Shown in pieces: positions 25,836 to 32,000 of a DNA stretch of 32,000 nucleotides (the stretch's first letter is position 1; every line of letters starts with the position of its first letter). The notes beneath the pieces are model-generated. The model did not search any database. It worked only from the letters and a program-made list of their open reading frames with translations, and was not told the origin of the DNA. Source of the stretch: Candidatus Saccharimonadota bacterium (lineage in GTDB: Bacteria; Patescibacteriota; Saccharimonadia; Saccharimonadales; UBA4665); NCBI GenBank assembly GCA_003516025.1, contig CP023991.1:480001-512000 (forward strand), read 5' to 3'. The position numbers and the translations under genes are program-made.

Positions 25836-26732
25836 CTAGTGGATGAAACCGCTGGCCCGGGTAAGCACAAAGCCGGCAACGGCAGTACTTACGAACAGGA
25901 CATCGAGGAATTTGTGGTGAATTACGAATGCTTCGCTTTCCTGGACGACACGCTTCCAGACCTTGAAATGTCGCACCAGGAACCAGGCGATGGCGACTAA
26001 TGATATTAGGGAGATAATCATGGAGCTCCAGGCCGCTTCGCCGTGGGTCAGTACTTGGACACGTGAAACGGTACGAACTGGTGTGTAAGAGGTGGTGGCC
26101 GGCACTTCGAAAGTGGCGCCTATGGTATTTGTCGGCGCGGGCTCGCCATACATGGCTACGATGACAGTGGTCGGGCCTGTGCCCTGGAACGAGGATGCCT
26201 GCACGATGCCGAAGCCAACTTCCTTATAGTCAGTGTCCAGTAAGTTGTCACGGTGGGCAGGGCTGTTGAGCCAGCCGGTAATGGTGTCTTCAGCATTGGA
26301 AAACCCGTAAGCCAGGTTTTCGCCGGCTTCCTGATAGCCATAGCCGCTATTCTGAATAAAATTCCATGGGGTCAGGCCGTCGGGGGAATCATGCGACCAG
26401 TAGTTCTTGCTGACCATGTCATTGGCCTTCGTCTGGGCGGCTGCCATTAATTTGGAATTGAGCGCCAAGCCAGGCTGATTGTTGCCTTGGCGGGCCTGGT
26501 TGGTGTCGGTTAGTAACTGATCGGCGGTCAGGCTGGAAGCGGCGCCGAGTACGCCATTATGCGAAGATCCAAGCGAAGTCCAGAAAACGTTGACGGCTAA
26601 CCCGACGATGACGATCAGTAATAAGGGCAAGTACGGGTGATACGCCTTAAGATAATGCTTAGTCTGGCGGTGATGAGTGCCGCTGGCCTTTTTATGGTGT
26701 GGTTGCCGCTTAGGTGTTTGGGTGAGTGACAT
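25836..26732 (-). CDS. CAP/SCP/PR1-like domain membrane protein
   Basis: 298 aa. A basic N-terminus is followed by a TM (LPLLLIVIVGLAVNVFW), then a CAP domain (KANDMVSKNYWSHDSP...GENLAYGF....GWLNSPAHRDNLL...YKEVGFG). Two further predicted C-terminal TM helices follow. Confidence 0.85.
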   Translation of the reverse strand: MSLTQTPKRQPHHKKASGTHHRQTKHYLKAYHPYLPLLLIVIVGLAVNVFWTSLGSSHNGVLGAASSLTADQLLTDTNQARQGNNQPGLALNSKLMAAAQTKANDMVSKNYWSHDSPDGLTPWNFIQNSGYGYQEAGENLAYGFSNAEDTITGWLNSPAHRDNLLDTDYKEVGFGIVQASSFQGTGPTTVIVAMYGEPAPTNTIGATFEVPATTSYTPVRTVSRVQVLTHGEAAWSSMIISLISLVAIAWFLVRHFKVWKRVVQESEAFVIHHKFLDVLFVSTAVAGFVLTRASGFIH

Positions 26733-26804
26733 AGTGTTTGTTCTTTTTTACTAGAGCGCTGAGTAACGCTTATGTTTGCGCTCAGTATCCCACATTACTC
26801 ATAC

Positions 26805-27344
26805 TTATGCAATAAATCGGCACTGATACAGGGCCATTGCAGCCGCCTGCACCACGTTAAATGACTCTTTACTGCCAAACATCGGAATTTCCAAAACTGT
26901 GTCAACCTGTGCCAGCACTTCAGGCTCGACACCCTCGACTTCCCGGCCGACCAGCAGGGCAATTTTGTCAGGTGCTCTAAATTTGGGCAGCGATATGCTG
27001 GAGACAGCCTGTTCTATGGCCGCGATGCTGTATCCGTCGGTCCGAAGCCGTGCCAGGACCTGCTCTATGCTGGCTTCGTGGCGCCATGGTTGGCTGGTTT
27101 CGGCGCCGAGGGCAGTTTTTTGGATCTGCCGGCCTATTTTGGCGGCCAAATGCGGCAGCCGGTCGTCACGGGGCAAAAGCGGGTAGGGCGTGTAACCGCT
27201 GAGGACGACTTCGGTGGCACCGAGGCCTTCGGCGGTACGCAGCAAAGAGCCGACGTTATGGCAGCTGCGAAGGTTATGGGCGATTAAAATAATACTTTTC
27301 ACTACAACTACTATACTTGACGCGTCAAGGACTGGCGTAAGCAT
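26805..27344 (-). CDS. SpoU/TrmH-family RNA 2'-O-methyltransferase
   Basis: It has SPOUT motifs: LIAHNLRSCHNVGSLLRTAEGLG, LLVGREVEGV, and EIPMFGSKESFNVVQAAAMALY. The track start at 27380 is a TTG that I read as a -35-like TTGTCC. I prefer ATG 27344. Confidence 0.85.
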   Translation of the reverse strand: MLTPVLDASSIVVVVKSIILIAHNLRSCHNVGSLLRTAEGLGATEVVLSGYTPYPLLPRDDRLPHLAAKIGRQIQKTALGAETSQPWRHEASIEQVLARLRTDGYSIAAIEQAVSSISLPKFRAPDKIALLVGREVEGVEPEVLAQVDTVLEIPMFGSKESFNVVQAAAMALYQCRFIA

Positions 27345-27382
27345 CGAGAACACTTTATACTTATGCTTATGAGCGGACAACT

Positions 27383-28984
27383 ATGAGCCAGGATGCTCGA
27401 TTAGACGAAGAGCAGTCAACCCTGCGGCGCTCCCGTATATTAGGGTTGGCTTATATTGATACGTCAGCCATTCCGGATAAGCAGGTGTATAAAAACACGG
27501 TCAGTTACGAGGAAATGGACAAGCTGCGCGTTGTGCCGCTGCAGGTCGACCAGTCCAATATCTATTTTGGTATCACTACTACTACTTCGCAGCAGACCAT
27601 GAATGCCTTGCGCCAGCGTTTCAGTAACCAGCGCGTCACTTTTGCCATTGTTTCCGAAACGGGTTACCGCGAGTACCTGCGCCTGCATAACCCGCCCAAG
27701 CAGGTGGAATATCAGGACGTGGCCATCGCGGCTACGAACGACGTCGCCCTGTTTGATCAGGTGTCGGCAACTTTGGACCAGGTCTTGGCGGATGATATTC
27801 TGGCCTATCTGGTGAGCCAGGCTTATCAGCTGCATGCTTCTGATATCCATATGGAGAACCAGAAAGAAGCAGTACGTATTCGCTTTCGCGTCGATGGCGT
27901 ACTCCATCCTATCGCCCAGTTATCGCAGAATAAATATCGTCAGCTGATGTCCTCGCTGGCGATCGCGGCTAATGTCTCCACGTCTTCGGAAGATGCCCAG
28001 AGCGGCCACATTAACCGGGAATATACCTTGGCTACCGGCGAACAGGTAACGGTTAACCTGCGTATTGAAACCGTACCGACGGTTTATGGGCAGGATGTCG
28101 TCATGCGCCTGTTTAACCTGCATGTCGAAATGATGAGTATCGATAAGTTAGGCCTCTCGACCAACGAGCGGCAAGTGGTTGATGATGTCATTAAGCATCC
28201 GACCGGCATGGTACTGGTTGTCGGCCCGACCGGTTCCGGTAAAACAACGACGTTATATTCGTTAATCGAGACCCTGAACACCGAAGAGCGTAAAATCATT
28301 ACCTTGGAAGATCCGGTAGAGTATTTTATTCCCGGTGTCGTGCAGATTCCGGTACGCGGCGATGAGAACAACCAGGGGTTCGCTGACCGGCTCCGCGCGG
28401 TGCTGCGGCTTGACCCCGATACATTGATGGTCGGAGAAATCCGCGACCAGGATACTGCCCGCACAGCGCTACAGGCGGCCCTAACCGGCCATCTGGTATT
28501 AAGTACTTTCCACGCCAGTTCGGCGTCGGCGGCCCTAACGCGCATGCTTGACTATATTGGCATCAACCCGTTATTCGCCTCGGCGATTCACCTGGTTATG
28601 GCCCAACGCCTGATTCGCCGCCTGGACGACGCCACTAAGCAGCCGTACCAGCCCGACGCCGCGCTGCAACAGCAATTGCATGCGATTCTTGATACCTTGC
28701 CGCCACAGGTACAGAAGCCAGACATCTCCAACCTGACGCTGTACAAACCTGGTCAATCTTCTGAGCATCCGTTCGGCTTCACTGGTCAGATCGCTATCCG
28801 TGAGCAGTTGCAGATGACGCAGGGTGTCCAACAGGTACTTCGCCTGCCTCCAAACCAGATCTCGACTGCCATGCTTGAGAAACAGGCAATTGCCGACGGA
28901 ATGCTTACTATGCTGCAGGATGGACTGCTTAAGGCTATCCGTGGCGAAACGACGCTAGAAGAAGTTTTCCGCGTCGTCGGCTAA
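27383..28984 (+). CDS. GspE/PilB-family secretion/type IV pilus assembly ATPase
   Basis: 533 aa. It has an N-terminal T2SSE_N-like domain, Walker A GPTGSGKTTT, Asp box TLEDPVEY, Walker B DPDTLMVGEIRD and His box TGHLVLSTFHA. Confidence 0.9.
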   Translation: MSQDARLDEEQSTLRRSRILGLAYIDTSAIPDKQVYKNTVSYEEMDKLRVVPLQVDQSNIYFGITTTTSQQTMNALRQRFSNQRVTFAIVSETGYREYLRLHNPPKQVEYQDVAIAATNDVALFDQVSATLDQVLADDILAYLVSQAYQLHASDIHMENQKEAVRIRFRVDGVLHPIAQLSQNKYRQLMSSLAIAANVSTSSEDAQSGHINREYTLATGEQVTVNLRIETVPTVYGQDVVMRLFNLHVEMMSIDKLGLSTNERQVVDDVIKHPTGMVLVVGPTGSGKTTTLYSLIETLNTEERKIITLEDPVEYFIPGVVQIPVRGDENNQGFADRLRAVLRLDPDTLMVGEIRDQDTARTALQAALTGHLVLSTFHASSASAALTRMLDYIGINPLFASAIHLVMAQRLIRRLDDATKQPYQPDAALQQQLHAILDTLPPQVQKPDISNLTLYKPGQSSEHPFGFTGQIAIREQLQMTQGVQQVLRLPPNQISTAMLEKQAIADGMLTMLQDGLLKAIRGETTLEEVFRVVG

Positions 28985-29393
28985 GCCGCTCCGGCTGTTG
29001 ATCGATGTAATCCTGCAAACCCGGCAGACCGAAATCTTCCAGTGAATATTCCTGGCGCTTCAGGGCCTTCCAGATGTTTATGGTGCGTGGATTGACCCAT
29101 GTCGCCGGATCACGGGCCATCATGTCACCGCTTACGGCGATGCCGGAGCCGTCCCGTTCGGCGTGGGTAATCAAATAGCCGGTTTGTATCTCCTCGATAG
29201 CATCGCCGGTGCTCACGGTTTGTCCCAGGAACAGCGCCACATCTCTCCGGTTCAGGCCGGAGGCGATATGCAGCGGGCCGGCGTCAGCCTTCTCGCTGTC
29301 AAAGCAGGCGGCTTCGTCGATTACCACTTCGCCATCACGGTGCAGCAGTTCGTTTTGGTCAAACTGCCAAATTCTTTCGGTGTAGTACAACAT
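28935..29393 (-). CDS. Hypothetical protein, 152 aa
   Basis: It is the only long ORF filling the pilB-rplS gap and has an ATG start. I recognised no motif. Its last 50 nt overlap the 3' end of the ATPase gene on the opposite strand. Confidence 0.55.
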   Translation of the reverse strand: MLYYTERIWQFDQNELLHRDGEVVIDEAACFDSEKADAGPLHIASGLNRRDVALFLGQTVSTGDAIEEIQTGYLITHAERDGSGIAVSGDMMARDPATWVNPRTINIWKALKRQEYSLEDFGLPGLQDYIDQQPERLSRRRGKLLLASFRHG

Positions 29394-29501
29394 AAAGTAC
29401 TATTATGGCACATCTTATGGATTGAACGCTAATAACAGATGTGGTATACTTGTCTTAACGAGAAAATTAGTGTAAGATACATGCTGTAGAAAGAGACATA
29501 T

Positions 29502-29927
29502 ATGGATTCAATTGCCCGAAAATTCGCAGAACAGTTTAAAAAGGATGCCGTAGTAGACGTCCAGAGTGGTGACACAGTAAAAGTGCACCAAAAAATTCGT
29601 GAAGGTAACAAAGAGCGTGTCCAGATTTTCCAGGGCCTCGTTATCCGCACCGACAACAAGGATTCGCATACCAGCCGCATCACGGTTCGCCGCATCGCCA
29701 GCGGTATCGGCGTAGAGAAAAGCTTCTTGCTGCACAGCCCGCTGGTTGTGAAAGTAGAAGTTACCAAGCGTTCGAAAGTTCGCCGTAACTACTTAACATA
29801 CATGCGTACCCGTACTGGTAAGGCTGCTCGTTTGACTGGTGTAGATTTCGACCGTAACGCCGTCAACACGCTGCCAGAAACACCAGTAGCCGTTGCCGAA
29901 GAGCCAGCTGCCGAAGCTGAAGCGTAA
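29502..29927 (+). CDS. rplS: 50S ribosomal protein L19 (with a roughly 30-aa Ala/Glu/Pro-rich C-terminal tail)
   Basis: It carries GDTVKVHQKIREGNKERVQIFQGLVI....G...RITVRRIASGIGVEKSF.LHSP. TGTAAGAT -10-like and AGAAAGAG SD-like sequences lie upstream. Confidence 0.95.
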   Translation: MDSIARKFAEQFKKDAVVDVQSGDTVKVHQKIREGNKERVQIFQGLVIRTDNKDSHTSRITVRRIASGIGVEKSFLLHSPLVVKVEVTKRSKVRRNYLTYMRTRTGKAARLTGVDFDRNAVNTLPETPVAVAEEPAAEAEA

Positions 29928-29960
29928 GCTACAAAATTTACGTTTCTAATACCGCCCATT

Positions 29961-29988
29961 AAACCGTCTATTTTCAGACGGTTTTTTT
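29961..29988 (+). terminator. Rho-independent terminator after rplS
   Basis: A 9-bp stem AAACCGTCT / AGACGGTTT has a 6-nt loop and runs into a T7 tract. Confidence 0.8.
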
Positions 29989-29996
29989 GTTAGTAT
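29988..29996 (+). promoter_or_regulatory. Extended -10 element (TGTTAGTAT) positioned for leaderless rnhB
   Basis: The TGnTAnnnT match ends 6 nt before the ATG at 30003, with no SD. Confidence 0.45.
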
Positions 29997-30002
29997 GGAT
30001 AC

Positions 30003-30575
30003 ATGATTATTGTCGGGATTGATGAAGTCGGCCGTGGCTGCTGGGCAGGGCCGCTTGTAGCGGGCGCCGTTGTGCTCCGCGAGCCGATTCCCGGCCTGAA
30101 AGACTCTAAGAAGCTGACTAAAAAGCAGCGCGAAACCCTGGCAGTAGCCATTGAAAAGGAGGCGCTGGCGATTGGTTTAGGCTGGGTTTGGCCTCAAGAT
30201 ATTGACATAAGCGGTATTACCATGGCTGTCAAGAGCGCTATGGAACTTGCTCTGGAGGCTATCGCTATCCCGTACGACCAGGTAATAATAGACGGTAATA
30301 TCAACTATCTAGCGGAAATACCACATACCGAATGTTTGATTAAGGCAGACGACAAGGTGCCGGCCGTGAGCGCGGCCAGCATCATGGCTAAGGTCGCCCG
30401 CGACAGTTATATGGCTACCACCGCGGCAGGTAACTATCCTGAGTACGGTTTCGACAAGCATGTCGGTTACGGAACGGCGGTCCATATCGCGGCGCTTGCC
30501 ACTTACGGCGTTACGCCGCTTCACCGTCAGTCATATAAACCAATTCAGCAACTTGTGCTAAAATCAAAATCATGA
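30003..30575 (+). CDS. rnhB: Ribonuclease HII
   Basis: 190 aa. It carries the catalytic motif GIDEVGRGCWAGPLVAGAVVL, DSKKLT, and the DKHVGYG region. Confidence 0.95.
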   Translation: MIIVGIDEVGRGCWAGPLVAGAVVLREPIPGLKDSKKLTKKQRETLAVAIEKEALAIGLGWVWPQDIDISGITMAVKSAMELALEAIAIPYDQVIIDGNINYLAEIPHTECLIKADDKVPAVSAASIMAKVARDSYMATTAAGNYPEYGFDKHVGYGTAVHIAALATYGVTPLHRQSYKPIQQLVLKSKS

Positions 30576-30865
30576 ACGAGTTACCGGCCGGTGTTTATAA
30601 ACATTACAAGGGTGGACTGTATCTGGTGCTTGGCGTCGCGCAGCATAGTGAAACTCTGGAAAAGATGGTGGCCTACGTGCATTTAAGTGCCACCGCTGGT
30701 GCCGCCATGTGGGTGCGGCCGTATGAGATGTTTTTCGAGAAGGTAAACGCCGACGGGATTGAAAAGCCCCGCTTCACGTATATCGGACAAACCGTTGAAC
30801 CGGTGTTCGCTCAATTTTATGACCCCTTAAGCGGCTACACTGGCGCTGACAGAATTGATGAATAG
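30572..30865 (+). CDS. DUF1653-family protein
   Basis: 97 aa. It has the family hallmark YKHYKGGLYLVLGVAQHSETLEKMVAY. An ATGA overlap with the rnhB stop occurs at 30572-30575. Confidence 0.8.
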   Translation: MNELPAGVYKHYKGGLYLVLGVAQHSETLEKMVAYVHLSATAGAAMWVRPYEMFFEKVNADGIEKPRFTYIGQTVEPVFAQFYDPLSGYTGADRIDE

Positions 30866-31199
30866 GTCAACAGTTAGCATTGGACGAGCAGGCGAGCAGG
30901 CGGCATGCGAACTGCTGGCGCGGCAGGGTTTCACTATTTTGGAGCGCAACTGGCGTACTAAATACTGTGAGATTGATATTATTGCCAGCCATGAGAGCGT
31001 GATGTGGTTTATCGAGGTCAAATACCGCAAAACCGACGCTTACGGTGACGGGTTGGCATATATTGGACCGGCCAAGTTACAGCATATGCAGCGGGCGGCC
31101 CAATTATGGGTAAACATACATAACTACCCTGGCGAGTATACCCTCGGTGCTATAGCGGTATCGGGTAACAGCCTGGCAGGTGATCTTATTGAGTTGTGA
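30858..31199 (+). CDS. yraN: YraN-family (UPF0102) PD-(D/E)xK endonuclease-fold protein
   Basis: It carries GRAGEQAACELLARQGFTILERNWRTKYCEIDIIA....FIEVKYR. The track start at 30855 is a TTG. The adjacent ATG at 30858 overlaps the DUF1653 stop by 8 nt. Confidence 0.85.
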   Translation: MNRSTVSIGRAGEQAACELLARQGFTILERNWRTKYCEIDIIASHESVMWFIEVKYRKTDAYGDGLAYIGPAKLQHMQRAAQLWVNIHNYPGEYTLGAIAVSGNSLAGDLIEL

Positions 31200-31226
31200 G
31201 TACGATGCCAGCCTGACAAGCGAAGA

Positions 31227-32000
31227 TTAGTTGTTACTAAAGAATTTCTGGACGGCTTTAAGGTCGCGCTGTAGCCATTTGACGCGGTTGCTGATTTCTT
31301 CCAGTCCAATCAGGATGTTGCGCCGCAGGACAATCTGGTCCTGCTTCGGTTCGAAGAACTCGGTAAATTTGGCCTGCCACTCCGGGGTATTGCAGCCGCC
31401 GGCGGCGTAACGGGGCATGTAATCGTATGACTTATCGTTGCTGTAGGTCTGTTCGATCCAAGGCCATTCGTGTACCATCCAGTCCCAGGCGGTGTTACGA
31501 ACATAACGGTTACGCATGAGGTATACCAGCCAGCGGTCGGCATCCTGCGGTTTGACCAGTTGCGGGTTCTTGAGCCGTTCCAATAGTACGCTGGCCTGCT
31601 TGCCGTCGCGGGTGGCGCACAGAGCGTCGGCTATGTCAGACTTCAGCTCGCTGTTCTGGGTTTTATCATGCAGCTCGGTCAGGAAGGCGACAGCCTCTTG
31701 GTCGCCCTGTTTTACTGGTACGCCAAAAGCGAGGCCGCGGATCTCCGAGGGAATCGCCGTGCCATTATCCTTATAGTCTTTGAATGCCTCCAGTAATTTT
31801 GTGGTGATGTCCTGGTCTTCGGCGTATGAACCAAGCGCGATAATCATAGCCCGCAGTTTTTGGTCGGCGGCTGACTCGTTAGCGGTAAATTCCCAGCCAA
31901 GGCGCTGATACTGCTGCCTGATAAGGTTACCCACAAAAGCTTTGATTGTAGGTTCCAGGCTGTCGTCCAGATCAATAAAGCGCCGGCTTTCTCCGATTAT
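31227..32000 (-). CDS. M1-family aminopeptidase (PepN-like), C-terminal ERAP1_C-type helical domain; 5' part lies beyond the window
   Basis: The minus-strand frame stays open from the TAA at 31227-31229 through position 32000. The track's 'start' at 31934 is an internal GTG. The helical-repeat sequence (..LRAMIIALGSYAEDQD...RGLAFGV....DRWLVYLMRN) resembles aminopeptidase N C-terminal domains. Confidence 0.7.
   Translation of the reverse strand: MIGESRRFIDLDDSLEPTIKAFVGNLIRQQYQRLGWEFTANESAADQKLRAMIIALGSYAEDQDITTKLLEAFKDYKDNGTAIPSEIRGLAFGVPVKQGDQEAVAFLTELHDKTQNSELKSDIADALCATRDGKQASVLLERLKNPQLVKPQDADRWLVYLMRNRYVRNTAWDWMVHEWPWIEQTYSNDKSYDYMPRYAAGGCNTPEWQAKFTEFFEPKQDQIVLRRNILIGLEEISNRVKWLQRDLKAVQKFFSNN

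Noticed and set aside
29838-29927. The Ala/Glu/Pro-rich C-terminal tail on L19, considered as a functional add-on.
   Set aside because: It is a low-complexity extension of a kind common on ribosomal proteins in many lineages, and nothing in the sequence points to a specific function.
1-32000. Search for tRNA, rRNA, CRISPR arrays, transposases/integrases, prophage or toxin-antitoxin/defence cassettes.
   Set aside because: No noncoding gap exceeds 196 bp, and none shows tRNA-like T-loop/acceptor features or spaced direct repeats. No ORF carries recombinase, transposase or classic defence motifs.

Overview
This is a very densely packed, mostly plus-strand housekeeping region from a small-genome bacterium. 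It uses the standard genetic code, with TGA acting as a stop. Gene content and architecture include a split transketolase, gatCAB, a lone type IV pilus/T2SS-type ATPase, a CAP-domain surface protein, tiny intergenic gaps and many start/stop overlaps. This looks like a Patescibacteria/CPR (Saccharibacteria-like) genome, but that placement is inference only.

I support about 35 CDS. In order they are: the pheT 3' end, an ABC exporter, two tandem FKBP isomerases, an NrdH-like redoxin plus trxB, and a GDPD plus FNR-like oxidoreductase on the minus strand. Next comes an eight-gene sugar-phosphate block (ppa-gap-rpiB-rpe-tktN-tktC-fba-pfkB-type kinase). After it are an orphan 415-aa protein plus a TIGR00725/LOG-like protein, uvrB, gatC-gatA-[139-aa insert]-gatB, galU, a DUF948/YtxH pair and dnaE. 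The window ends with the CAP-domain membrane protein, a SpoU/TrmH methyltransferase, the PilB/GspE-like ATPase, a 152-aa orphan, rplS, rnhB-DUF1653-yraN and the 3' end of an M1 aminopeptidase.

I saw no rRNA, tRNA, CRISPR array, transposase/integrase or recognisable defence island. The largest noncoding gap is 196 bp.

The items most worth a second look are:
- A membrane-tethered protein with a HEPN-type RNxxxH motif, translationally coupled between gatA and gatB.
- An unrecognisable 415-aa protein paired with a SLOG/LOG-like protein.
- A pfkB-family kinase directly after class II FBA in a pentose-phosphate cluster with no transaldolase.
- A cysteine-free PilB/GspE ATPase.
- A recurrent, gene-co-oriented CATAAG(C/T) box in promoter regions.
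- Several TGnTAnnnT promoters placed for leaderless transcripts.

All functional calls come from motif recognition by eye. No database search was possible.
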